Positions 9,853-20,600 of a stretch of DNA of 64,000 nucleotides are shown piece by piece. Source of the stretch: Clostridia bacterium. GTDB lineage: Bacteria > Bacteroidota > Bacteroidia > Bacteroidales > 4484-276. A program made the translations under genes and the position numbers. Within the stretch, counting starts at the first letter, position 1. Each line of letters begins with the position of its first letter. The notes under the pieces are model-generated. The model saw only the letters and a list, made by a program, of their open reading frames with translations, was not told where the DNA came from and made no database searches. The stretch is taken from positions 91,184-155,183 of the forward strand of contig SABY01000001.1 in the NCBI GenBank assembly GCA_009928785.1, given 5' to 3'.

Positions 9853-10700
9853 TCTATGGGTTCTTCTTCCTGATTAATGATTGTATCGAGTTCAGCCGGC
9901 GGGTTGTTTACCGATTGCATAAGCGAATCGAAATCGTAAAACGCTTCAGAGCGCATCCACAGTTTCACCGGAGTTCCCATGTCAGTCCATTCCGTTTCAC
10001 GCCAGTCGGGCTGTTGTGCATACACACGCATGGCATCGTTGCTGTTGCCGTCCAAATATTGTATCCTGCCCATGTTGAGCGAAGCGTTGAGAACGGCTTC
10101 AGAGGCTTGTTGCAAAGTCATACCGAGTAAGGACGGAACGGTAGTTTTCTGATTATTGAGACCTGTTCCCAAAGTAAGGTCGATGTGGGTGCCTTTTGTC
10201 ACCTCGGTGCCCGGGGCGATGGTTTCGCCTTCGAGCTGTTGATCGAGCACGGCATTGCGCGCAAAATTGGTTTCATAAGTAAGCGTACCTGCCTGCAAAC
10301 CGGCTATTTTGAGCTGGTTTACAGCCTGTCGTAATGAGAGATCGCGCAGGTCGGGCATCTTCACCATTTCGGGTGCAGTGGCTACTATGGTAAGATAAAC
10401 TTTGCGCCCGGGTTTTACAGTGGCTCCGGGATAAGGATCCTGCAGTACAATCTCGCCTTTGTCGTATTTGTCGTCGTAAATAGAATCGATGATGATAAAC
10501 TCAAAATCGTCGGCATGGTCGTGCCCGGTGATCTGGGTAGCATGCAAACCAGTAAACATCGGTACTGTAATGTTTTTGCCGTGACGCGTGTATAAATTTA
10601 TGCCTCCCATGGTGATCCACAGAATTACCGCCAAAGCCACTACTGCCAGCGCCAGATTTTTGAGGAATACTTTGCTTGTCAAAAACGTTTTTACGTTCAT
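9849..10700 (-). CDS. PASTA domain-containing membrane-anchored protein
   Basis: One N-terminal TM helix followed by three PASTA-like repeats (VPMFTGL..., KMPDLRDLSLRQAVNQLKIAGL, VPSLLGMTLQQASEAVLNASL). Overlaps the downstream gene by 4 bp. Confidence 0.8.
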   Translation of the reverse strand: MNVKTFLTSKVFLKNLALAVVALAVILWITMGGINLYTRHGKNITVPMFTGLHATQITGHDHADDFEFIIIDSIYDDKYDKGEIVLQDPYPGATVKPGRKVYLTIVATAPEMVKMPDLRDLSLRQAVNQLKIAGLQAGTLTYETNFARNAVLDQQLEGETIAPGTEVTKGTHIDLTLGTGLNNQKTTVPSLLGMTLQQASEAVLNASLNMGRIQYLDGNSNDAMRVYAQQPDWRETEWTDMGTPVKLWMRSEAFYDFDSLMQSVNNPPAELDTIINQEEEPIE

Positions 10701-10927
10701 ACCTTCTTGTGATGGCCTAACACCGTCATATCCTTTTCTTTATTAATAAAAGACACTATTTTTTTCAAAAATAAATAACTGTCAATGCCTGTTTTTATTG
10801 CTGTTGCAAAGGGGCAAAGATAGCAGATAAATGGGTTTCGGATACATGGAGGCTCATCGGTGAAATGACTTACGTAAGGATGAAACTTGTTTGCTGGCGG
10901 GATACGCATCGAAGAGCCGCATTTTGT

Positions 10928-10935
10928 TACATTTG
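10928..10935 (+). promoter_or_regulatory. Bacteroidota -7 promoter box upstream of ddl
   Basis: tacatttg is an exact TAnnTTTG match, 13 and 25 nt upstream of the two candidate ATGs (10948, 10960). Confidence 0.5.
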
Positions 10936-10959
10936 CCCGCTTTAAAAATGATTGCAGTA

Positions 10960-11952
10960 ATGATAAAAAGAACAATAGCCGTTATTGCCGGTGGCGATTC
11001 AGGCGAATATGATATTTCGATAAAAAGTGGCACCGTGGTAGCCGAAATGCTCGATAACACAAAATACGACGTCTATCTGATTCATATCCGCGGAAGCGAG
11101 TGGTTTTATAATAATGGTGAAGAAAAAATCGCCATTGATAAAAATGATTTCAGCCTATTGCTACCCAAAGGACGTATCCGTTTCGATTGTGTTTTTTGCG
11201 CCATCCACGGCACACCTGGCGAAAATGGCCGGCTACCGGCATATTTTGAAATGCTTGGCCTTGCTTTTACATCTTCTGGCTCGCTGATTTCTGCGCTTAC
11301 TTTCAACAAAAATTACTGCAACCGGGTGGTGGCTTCTTATGGTGTGCTCACGGCGCGTTCGATGCATCTCTTTGCCGGCGATCGGGCTGAGGTCGCTGAT
11401 ATTTTGCAGCAGCTCCGGCTTCCAATTTTTGTAAAACCCAATGCCGGCGGGTCGAGTGTGGGTATGAGCAAAGTAAAACATGCCGGGGAGCTGATGCCTG
11501 CCATCGACAAGGCTTTTGCTGAAGACACCGAGATACTCATCGAAGAGTATGTGCAGGGACGCGAGATAACCTGCGGCGTATTGCGGCATAATGGCAAGTT
11601 GGTGGTTTTGCCGCTGTGTGAGGTGATTAGCAAAAACGAGTTCTTCGATTACGAAGCAAAATACAATCCTGCGCTGGCCAACGAGCTGGTGCCGGCGCCT
11701 ATTCCCGAAGCACTCGCAGAGCGCATTGCCGGCACCTCCCGCCTGGTTTACCAAAAACTCAATTGCAAAGGTGTGGTTCGCGCCGATTACATTTACTCCG
11801 AAAAAACCGACAAATTATATTTTATCGAGATCAATACAGTGCCCGGCCTCACCCGCGAAAGTATCGTGCCCAAGATGGCTGCCGCAGCGGGCATTTCACT
11901 CACAGGGCTTTTTTCGATGCTCGTCGAGGAAACACTAAAAGGTGAGAGGTGA
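10960..11952 (+). CDS. ddl: D-alanine--D-alanine ligase
   Basis: IAVIAGGDSGEYDISIKSG N-terminus, ATP-grasp core, and C-terminal YFIEINTVPGLT. The start could be 10948; the ORF-track 10891 lies upstream of the promoter box. Confidence 0.9.
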   Translation: MIKRTIAVIAGGDSGEYDISIKSGTVVAEMLDNTKYDVYLIHIRGSEWFYNNGEEKIAIDKNDFSLLLPKGRIRFDCVFCAIHGTPGENGRLPAYFEMLGLAFTSSGSLISALTFNKNYCNRVVASYGVLTARSMHLFAGDRAEVADILQQLRLPIFVKPNAGGSSVGMSKVKHAGELMPAIDKAFAEDTEILIEEYVQGREITCGVLRHNGKLVVLPLCEVISKNEFFDYEAKYNPALANELVPAPIPEALAERIAGTSRLVYQKLNCKGVVRADYIYSEKTDKLYFIEINTVPGLTRESIVPKMAAAAGISLTGLFSMLVEETLKGER

Positions 11953-12094
11953 GCGATGAGCGATGAGCGATGAGCGATGAGAGTTGAGAACTGAGGACTG
12001 AAGGCTGCGGACTGAGTTCTGAAGACTGCGGACTGAGAACTGCGGACTGAGAACTGAGAACTGAGGACTGAGAACTGTGAACTGAGAACTGCCG
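11941..12094. repeat. 22 tandem heptamers (gagcgat x4, then the RCTGNGA family, e.g. actgaga/actgagg/actgcgg)
   Basis: Strict 7-bp register fills the whole space between the convergent ddl and dpaL stops. The ddl stop codon TGA lies inside the first units. Confidence 0.95.
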
Positions 12095-12105
12095 CCCCGC
12101 CTGCG

Positions 12106-13335
12106 CTACTGATTTTCCGGCAAAGGAAATCTTCCATCCCATACAATCTTCAGATAATCCTCGGGATCGGTATCACCCTCGGTGCTGATGATTAAAACCC
12201 GGGCATTTTTATCCAAACCTATTTTTTGGCGTAAAGCCGTATAGGCCGGTTGCATCATCGTCAGCAGTGCGCCGAGCGTTACCGCGCCGGATTCTCCCGA
12301 AATTACACGCGCGTCGTCGCCGATAGGAGCGCCATACACACGCATACCACGGGCTGCCACATAATCCTGACAGGTAACAAAAATATCTGCATAGTCGCGC
12401 AGGATGTTCCATGCTAAAGGGCTGGGATCGCCACATGCCAGTCCGGCCATAATGGTGTCGAGCTTTCCGGGAAAACTGTGTGGCTGTCCGTCGGCCAGGC
12501 GGCACGAACTATAGAGGCAGGCTGCGGTTTCGGGTTCCACCACCACAAAGCGCGGCGGGTTATCGTAATAAAGTTGTTTAAAGTACCCGACGGTTGCCGC
12601 TGCCAATGCGCCCACGCCGCCCTGAACAAAAACGTGTGTGGGTTGGCGAATACCTTCGGCTGCCATTTGTTGCCGTGCTTCGGCAAGCATCGTGGTGTAG
12701 CCTTGCATCACCCAGCGGGGTATCTCCTCGTAACCTTCCCAGGAGGTGTCGGAAATTACCTGCCAGCCATTTGTTTTGGCATCAGCTCCGGCTTGCCGTA
12801 CCGCGTCGTCGTAGGTTCCGGACACCACCACCACGCGCGCTCCCTGCCGGGTAATGGCGTCGATGCGCGCCCGGCTGGTATGCTGATGCACATAGATGAT
12901 GGCCTGATATCCCAGCTCACGTGCCGCCCAGGCTACTCCTATGCCGTGGTTGCCATCGGTGGCAGCCACAAAAACCATAGCTTCGCCATTCGGATACAAC
13001 TTGTGGCTTCGGATTTCGTCATACGAAAGTGGCTGCTCTTTTTTGTGGTGTTGTTGCAGATGTTTGTAAATGGCGAAGGAGCCGCCAAGAACTTTAAAAG
13101 CATTTAAGCCCAGACGCAGCGATTCATCTTTAACAAGTATTTCTTTTACGCCAATTTTGGCAGCCAGTGCCGAAAGTCGTCTCAGTGGGGTGGCGCCGAA
13201 GCCGGGAATCTGATGGTGAAATCTTTGCGCTTCATCAGCGGCTTCAGCAGGGAACAAATTGTCGAGATTTTTGCGATCGGCTGTGCCTTTGGCCAGGCTA
13301 TTGGCTATCCATTGCAGGGTAGGAGAGGTGTTCAT
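12106..13335 (-). CDS. dpaL: Diaminopropionate ammonia-lyase (PLP-dependent, YgeX/DpaL type)
   Basis: 409 aa. Contains FHHQIPGFGATPLRRL, VKDESLRLGLNAFKVLGG (PLP lysine) and ATDGNHG. Confidence 0.85.
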   Translation of the reverse strand: MNTSPTLQWIANSLAKGTADRKNLDNLFPAEAADEAQRFHHQIPGFGATPLRRLSALAAKIGVKEILVKDESLRLGLNAFKVLGGSFAIYKHLQQHHKKEQPLSYDEIRSHKLYPNGEAMVFVAATDGNHGIGVAWAARELGYQAIIYVHQHTSRARIDAITRQGARVVVVSGTYDDAVRQAGADAKTNGWQVISDTSWEGYEEIPRWVMQGYTTMLAEARQQMAAEGIRQPTHVFVQGGVGALAAATVGYFKQLYYDNPPRFVVVEPETAACLYSSCRLADGQPHSFPGKLDTIMAGLACGDPSPLAWNILRDYADIFVTCQDYVAARGMRVYGAPIGDDARVISGESGAVTLGALLTMMQPAYTALRQKIGLDKNARVLIISTEGDTDPEDYLKIVWDGRFPLPENQ

Positions 13336-13400
13336 TTTTATTTTATAAATATCGATATCGTTAGAAAAGGCAAAGGTAAATTTTTGATCGGCAAAGTGAA

Positions 13401-13408
13401 TATCTTTG
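13401..13408 (+). promoter_or_regulatory. Bacteroidota -7 promoter box
   Basis: tatctttg matches TAnnTTTG 58 nt upstream of the ATG at 13466. Confidence 0.5.
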
Positions 13409-13465
13409 CGCGCTGTTTGATTTTATCATCCAAAACAGATTTACTAACAACAATATTTAAAGATT

Positions 13466-14272
13466 ATGATCGCACGTCCTTTTTTCAATTCTGGGATTTT
13501 GGTTTTACTATTAGCAACAGCTTGTAACCGACCACTGCCTGTACCCGAAACCAACAAAAACAGCAACGAACATTTGCTTGCGGCGACGCTTTTTCACCAG
13601 CAGGCGGCTGAGCTGCAGGCGCTATGCTTGCAGGCCTATAACATTGCAAGCCGAAACATGGATGCCATCTCCGATACTGCGTCCAATCTTAGTTCGCTTG
13701 CAATAGTGATGGACCTGGACGAAACCGTGCTCGACAACAGCCCGTACGAAGCGCAAAGCATCATCCACGGGCTTTCCTATCCGCAAGGCTGGGATGAATG
13801 GATGAACGCCGCCAGCGCCAAAGCCCTTCCCGGAGCAGTCGATTTTATAAAATCGGTAAGAGAAAAAGGCGTGCAGGTATTTTATATCACCAACCGTCGG
13901 GAGAAATACCGGGAGGCAACACTTGTAAATCTTCAAAATCTCGACATCGCACCAGCGGATAGCAATCATTTATTGTTGCGTGGAGAGGAATCGTCCAAAG
14001 AAACGCGTCGCCGGAAGGTGCTCGAAAATTATCAAATCGTTATGTTATTTGGCGACAACCTCACCGATTTTGCTGCAATTTTCGATGGAAACCCAAATAC
14101 ATTACGCCGGGCCGAAATAACCGACAGTCTCAGGGCGGATTTTGGCAGCCGCTTCATCGTCTTTCCCAACACGATGTACGGCGACTGGCTCAATGCAATT
14201 ACCGATTATGACAAAAATCTTTCAGCGAAACAAAAATTAGAAAAATACAAAGCAGTGCTGCAAGGGTTTTGA
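13466..14272 (+). CDS. 5'-nucleotidase / class C acid phosphatase, lipoprotein e(P4) family (HAD IIIB)
   Basis: Lipoprotein-like signal ending LLATAC. Contains VMDLDETVLDNSPY, YITNRRE and LFGDNLTDF motifs. Confidence 0.85.
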   Translation: MIARPFFNSGILVLLLATACNRPLPVPETNKNSNEHLLAATLFHQQAAELQALCLQAYNIASRNMDAISDTASNLSSLAIVMDLDETVLDNSPYEAQSIIHGLSYPQGWDEWMNAASAKALPGAVDFIKSVREKGVQVFYITNRREKYREATLVNLQNLDIAPADSNHLLLRGEESSKETRRRKVLENYQIVMLFGDNLTDFAAIFDGNPNTLRRAEITDSLRADFGSRFIVFPNTMYGDWLNAITDYDKNLSAKQKLEKYKAVLQGF

Positions 14273-14333
14273 ATAGAAGCTCTTCTCTACTTCTGACCTT
14301 TTGACCCAGCGTAAAGTTACCGTTGTAATTTTT

Positions 14334-14487
14334 AGATTGCTCTCCTGTACGTACGGGAGAGAAATGACACGAATTGGCGTGAAACGGTGGAGGCGGGATC
14401 TGGCGCGCAGCGCCCGATCCCGTATCCACTCCCATTAGCGCCTGCCCACGGTCATTTCGATCCGCCAACCGGCGGAGAGAAATCTCT
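14334..14487. repeat. Nested-hairpin MITE/REP-like element (same family as 48472-48618)
   Basis: Outer arms agatt...gagaaatgac / gtcatttc...gagaaatct, each with its own small hairpin. They flank a GC-rich central hairpin gggatctggcgc-gca-gcgcccgatccc. Confidence 0.7.
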
Positions 14488-14668
14488 TAGCAACCATCCC
14501 CGTTTAAATGTTTTCTATATTTTAATAAGGCAAAGCCTATAAAATGAAAAGGACAAGGCCCAGCCTCGACCCAACCACGGGTGATATCTTTTGCAAACTT
14601 TTCAACTAAAGTTTATTGGAGAGAAATAAAGTTCCCGGATTTAGATTCGTAAGCCAAAGCAAAAGCAT

Positions 14669-17600
14669 CTATTGCGCCAGCGTGAAGCGCAGGCTGATGC
14701 CGCCATTGGTGGTGGAGTTGCGGTACTGCGAAGATACGTATGGATTATTAATAACCTTGTCGAAGAACAGCCGGATGTTGAGCCGCTGGTTCACCATGTA
14801 ATCTGCTGAAGTATTGATAGAAATTACCTGTTGTCCCGATGATATCTGATTGATGTCTTCGTCGATACGGCGCAGGATGGTTTTGTTGTTGCGGATGGAA
14901 AAGTCGGCACGGACGTTCAGGTCACTTTTTACATTTTGCCTGCCTCCGCTGGTTCCCATGTTGCGTATAGCAAATTTTACATCTTTAAAGCGATAGCCCA
15001 AGCCGATTACAAATTCCTGTGTGTTGACTTCGGTAAGCTGGTTGTTGACAAAACTCATCGACAGGTTACGCGATTTCTTAATTTCAAATTTCGTCATCAG
15101 GCTGTTAATCCATGTCATGTCGAAAGCGATGAGCGGATTGAACTGTTCGATGATGCTCACCTGTGCAAACTGATACTCCGGAATATAGTTGTCGTTGCTC
15201 CTATACTTCGCTGCCGGGAAGCCATCCACTTCGCGGTAGTCGATCACCGATTGGAATGAGTTGATGGAGTAGTTGCTGCGGTAACCGTGCGTGATGGTGA
15301 GGTTGCGCAGGAATTTCTTGAACGGCTCCACGCGCGACAGTCCGTTGTAGGTAATGCGCCAGTTGAGCATGGGGATTTCGGGCATGGGGTTGAGGTCGTA
15401 GCCGCTGGCCGATTTGCCCGAATAAGCTGCTAAAAATGAATAGAGCAGCACGTCCTGTTGTGTGGGGCCGTACCCAACGGGATACACCTGTCCGGTGATG
15501 CTGTCGATGAAGGTTTGTCCGTTGTAGTTGGGATTTTCCGTGGCCAGACGACTGGCGATTTCCTGACGGTTATCTTTGAGTTGTATAAAATTCGGGTTTT
15601 GGTCTTTGTCATTGTCCTTTGTCCAGGCTGTGTTCCACGATAAAAACGACATACTGAAACTGCCCTGCTCTACGGGCGAGAAGGAGGAGAAGTCGCCATT
15701 AGCATCAGATTTAAAATACTCCTGATGGCTGAGGCTGTAGGTTCGGTCGGCGCTAAGTTCAATTTTAAAATCCTGGAACGGTTCGATGGTTCCCTTGAAG
15801 TTGAGCTGGTTGTTGTATTTGGTGACATAGGCCGAGTTGAGCAGCGTGTCGGTGGTAAGCCATCCATTGCGCACCGCTTCGCCGCGAATGTCGGCCTGGC
15901 TGCCAAACACAAATCCAAGACCGGGAGCATTCAAATCCCAGTTGTTGCCAATGAGCGATGGCTCCGGAATAAAGCCGGGCATATAGATGCCGTTGCCTTC
16001 GGTGTATGAAAGCGAAGCACGCTTAAAACTCATCAATATCTTCAGGAAGCCATTGCCAATAATTTTGAAATAATCTTTCTTTGGCTTGGTGGTATCCGGT
16101 TCTACGCTAAGTGGCTTCTGATCGGGTTGTCGGGGTGCTGCGCGTTGGTTGCGCTGAGCGCCACCACCCTGGTTTACTTTGGCCAGGAACGGCAGCTTGT
16201 TGTAGAGTTTATCGAGTGATGCATTTCCGCTGAGTTGAATGGTGTTGGCATTTTCTATTTGATTACCCAGCCGCTCCTGCAGCGAAATAGGAGAAGCCTG
16301 CCACTTGTAGTTGGTCTGATAGCGGGTGGTAGCCGTTAGCCAGTCGAGCAGGGGTATTTTATTAATGGGCAAAGTGTAGGTTACATTCAAATTGTGCGTG
16401 TAGGTATTCTTTGTGCCCAGGTCGAGCAACTGCTCGCGTATCTGCTCACGCTTTACATCATAATCGGGGTCATCTTTTTCGAGCGATCCGGGCAGCTCGT
16501 CGATGTATGCCAGCACATTGGCTTTGTAGTCGAAGCGCAGCGAGGAAGCCAAATCCCACCGTAAGTCGTAAATACGGCGCCAATCCCACTTTTTCATATA
16601 GGTTGGTTCGATGATCACCTCATACTCGCTCTTGTTGCGCAGCAGCCGCTTTCCATATTCACGCGTCATGTCGGTGCGCACCGAAAAAAGTTTGGGCATG
16701 AGGTAAAAGTTGAAATCCTTTATCAGCGCAAAAGCTTTGCCGCTGAATAGTTTCATGGAGCCAAAGGGCTTGTAGTTCTTCGGATTGTTATTAAAATTAT
16801 ATCCGATACCTCCCTGATAAATCTTTTTCAGATCGTAAGAGATATCAATATTTCGGGCAAAAGTTTCGGAATAAGAAAAGGTGAAGTCGAGATTTTCGAC
16901 ATCATAAAAGTGGCTCTTGCTGGTGGCGCCCACGCGATCCTTGCGCATATTGATGAAGTTAAGATTTTTGCGCTTGATAAAATCTTCGTTCATAGCATTT
17001 ATCGAATCACGGGCTGCAGGATTGTAGGTTTTCAAATCCTCTTTAAGGATAATGTCGGGATCGAGCTGGTTGTATTTGGGCGTAATGCGCGATTCGGAAT
17101 AGTCGAAGTGCATGGGGATGCGCAAGCCGAATTTTTCTGGAAAGAATTTGCCCAGCTCCAGGTTGGTCGAGATGTCGAAGTTTTTGATGAATTCCTGTGA
17201 GCGTTCAGTGGTTTTTTTCTCGATACTTCCATAGCCGGGTGTGCTGTAAAGTCCCGAAATGGTAAGGTTACCCAGGTCAGCCAGATCGGTTTTTACGCGT
17301 GCAGTAGCAGCCAATCCACCTTCGTCGTTGAAATCGGTGAGGCGCAGCTCGTTTACCCATATCTCGGCGCATTTGCTCTCGCCGTCGTCGTTGCTGGTGG
17401 CAGAGGTTTTCTTGGGGTTGCGTACACCAATCATAATAGCTTTCACGTCGCTGATGCTTGGACTTCCGAGCACGGTAACTTTGTTGGGTCCATCAAAACC
17501 ATAATAAGGCATGTTGAGCGAAACACCTGAGCCGGGCGTTCGCATCTCCACGTTTCGTTGCAGCTTGAAATCCACCAGTCGTTTCAGGTCGATATTAAAG

Positions 17601-20600
17601 CTATTCTCTTCAGGCCAGATAGCTTTAACGTCGGTACTGGAAGTGTACCAGGGTGTGAAGGTGAGCGGTATCTCATACTCGTAGTAGTTCTCGGTAAGAT
17701 CGGCGCCGATACGCATAAATACAGTCAGGTCGCCGTATTCCAGTTCCTGGTCTTCGATCGTCTTTTCGGCATGGACAAACATTTGTATTTTTCCATATTG
17801 ACGAAAGTCGAAATCAGTGGTTTTATAGGCACCACGGGCATCGCCATCCAGCAAGTTGCACACGCGCAGCACCATGGCCTGTTCGTTGAGCCGCTGCAGG
17901 TTGGTGGTGCCAATGTTGGTTTCCTGTTCGATGCCGGGAGGCATAACGTAGGGGATTGGCTGCCGGCTGCCATTTTCATCCGTATTTACCGAAAGGATAT
18001 CAAAGACGGTTTCGCTTTGGATGTCGTTGGGTACATACTCACCGGGCGAAAGCAGATCATAGCGATAGCGCCGCCAGTCGCCACGCACCAGCTCCAGCGT
18101 AGCAAAACGTAGTACGGTGGGTGCATCAAATCCTTTCATAAACATACGCATGAAGCGGATGCTTTGAAAATCCTGAATACCTCCCACAATTTTATCCGGG
18201 GAACGCACAGGAATTTTAAACTGGTACCATTTCACTTCACCAATTTGACCGTTGAGCAATCTGATGCCTTTGGCATCATAAACATCGGTAATGTAATTCT
18301 GCCCTACCTGCATGGTGTTGGAATCGAGCACCACCTTGTACTGGAAATAGCGTTCCGATTCGCTCAGCGTATTGTCGCGGTTTACGTCTTCTACATCGGG
18401 TTGGTTGGTAGCAATGGTTGAAGTTCCTCCGGTGTTGCCGGTCTGTTCGGGTGAGTTGCCTTCGGTTCCGTTGTATTTTTTATAACGCTCCAGAATGCTG
18501 CTGTAGGTTGGGTCTTCGTCGTAATCGGCACCTCTGAAATAATGATAGTTATCGTTGGATGGGTCTGTAAGTGCCCGTTGAAAAGCCTGCGAGTTGTCGC
18601 CATGCAGTGCGATGATCCGTTGCAGGTAAATGGGGTCAAAAAAGCTTAGCTCATCGTCATCGCGCAAGCCATCAAACCCTACATCCTGAAAGGCGCGGGC
18701 ACCGGCCTCATTACTGAAGTTGGGCACCAAAGCCTGGAGTGTAGGTACCCGTCCCCAGATGGTGGTATCCACATATTCTACCAGGGCGGTTGGCGGAAGT
18801 CCGTTTTCATAAGATTTGCGCGAGTCGCGCAGGATGTCTTCAGAGATGTCGCCAAGGTTAAAGTACAATGCCCCTTCAGAGGTTTGCCCGCTGGTAAAGG
18901 GGTCCATCATCCAAAACTCGATATACTCTACATTGGTAGCTTCAAAGTCGGTAGATGTAATCTCACGCATAATCCCGCCCCAGCGGCTTTCGGGGTCTTT
19001 GAGTGTTCCGTCTGCATTAATACCTGCCGAGATGCCTCCCTCTCCTTCTACATCGTAATTGTAGGAACCCCGTTCGTTGGGATAAAATGCCAGGTTGAGA
19101 ACGGGAATATTGGTAGGAACGCCGTTCACCACATCTTTATTCGGAAAAACCTCCGTCTCGAGAACCTGGCGTACCAGGTTGTTGGAAACCTCGTTCAGGT
19201 CGATGTTGGGTGGACGCTGTGTACCTGATTGTTCGTAGAAGAGCGGGTCGATAATATACCAGGCCAGTTTGGCGCGGTTGTAGCCATACATTCGTCCGGT
19301 ACCGGAGGCAGCTTCCGGGAAAAGGCCGCTTTCGGTTTGCTTTTGTGGTGTACTTGCCAGGTTCCACCATTGCGGTTGTTTTAGGTCAATGGTTGACTTG
19401 CTCCCCTCAAAGTCGTCGATGTAGGAAGTGCCGCTGCGCCCAATGGCTTTGCTGTGCCCCGGAATAAAATGGGCAAACTCGCCGTCGATGGTTACACGCG
19501 ATTCCTTTTTGGTTTTTATAAAAGGCAGTGCATCTACCATCTTGGTGATAAATCGCGACTTGGTCTGGTAGGCAAAATCCATCCCCCAGATGGTGTTGGA
19601 GATGGGATCGTCGCCATAGTTTACCTTTTGCGTAAGCGGACGCTCGGTCAGGTTTAAAATAGTACCGCCAATATTGAAATCTTCGTTTACGCGATAATCG
19701 ATGTGGGTACCCATGAGCCGCTTAGTTTGTATGTTGAAAAACGACTGGCTTTCCATCGAGATGTTGATCGGCGTTCCGGAATTGAGCACGCCTTCGTTGA
19801 TGATGTTTACACGTCCTAAGGTGTAATCTACCGTAAAATCCACATTTTCGGTAAGTGGCACGCCACCGGCGGTAACTTTTACAGAACCCTGCGGTACGTT
19901 GATAGCGTTGAGCGAAATCTCCGAGCCGGAAGAGGATTTATAAAAACCATCCAGAATAAACTTGTTCTTTTCAGGATACTGCTGTGCTCCGTTTTTGGTA
20001 AGGGTATATAAAGAATCGTAGGCGTAGCGGTCGGCAATTTCCTGGTTGCCGATTTTGGCGCGCAGATAATTACCAAAAGGCTGCAACATGGTGAAATAAA
20101 TACGTCCGTTACTGGCCTGAATGGTACCGCCATTGGTTGCAGCGCCATTAATAAAGTCGAAGATGCCGTCGTGAGGCGGGTTGAGTTGTGGATCGAGATT
20201 ATCAAAATTCAACACCCGTATCAGTGGTATGCCGCTGGCGTTGCCGGCTTCCACCAAATAGCTGGTGGGTACGCCATTGTCGTTGCCCGAATAGAGAATA
20301 TTAAGAATGAAATCCTCTGCCTGAACCTGATACGCCCCGATAGCATATACGTTTTTCATCATCAGGTTCCAAATGGGCACACGGGTGTTGAGCGTGGTAC
20401 TCTTGAGCAGCTTTACTACAAGATTGTTGGGCGGGTTGATACCTTCGTCCGAAAATTCGCCCACCTGATAAATAGTGGTGTCGCCAATTACATTGTATTG
20501 GTAGGCAACGGCCAGCATCTGGTCGCTGTTGAGGGTGGTGTTGAGTGAGAGAAAGCCCAGTTTGCTATTGAAACTAAATTCATTTTGCGAAAGCTTCCTT

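Noticed and set aside
11941-12094. Hypothesis that the heptamer arrays are all-frame translational stop pads
   Set aside because: It is true for actgaga on the + strand after ddl. It fails for the 22741 array, where genes are on the opposite, stop-free strand, and for the ttccaaa arrays, which have no stop triplets on either strand. It is therefore not a general explanation.
11793-12146. Minus-strand ORFs (117 and 80 aa) reading SSQFSVLSSQFSVRSSQ through the heptamer array
   Set aside because: These are an artefact of the stop-free complementary strand of the actgaga repeat, and they overlap the ends of ddl and dpaL.
14199-14468. 89-aa minus-strand ORF between the e(P4) gene and sprA
   Set aside because: It is composed almost entirely of the nested-hairpin MITE-like element, with a GC-rich palindrome translated as GSGAARQIPPPP. 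Such repeat-derived ORFs are common false positives.
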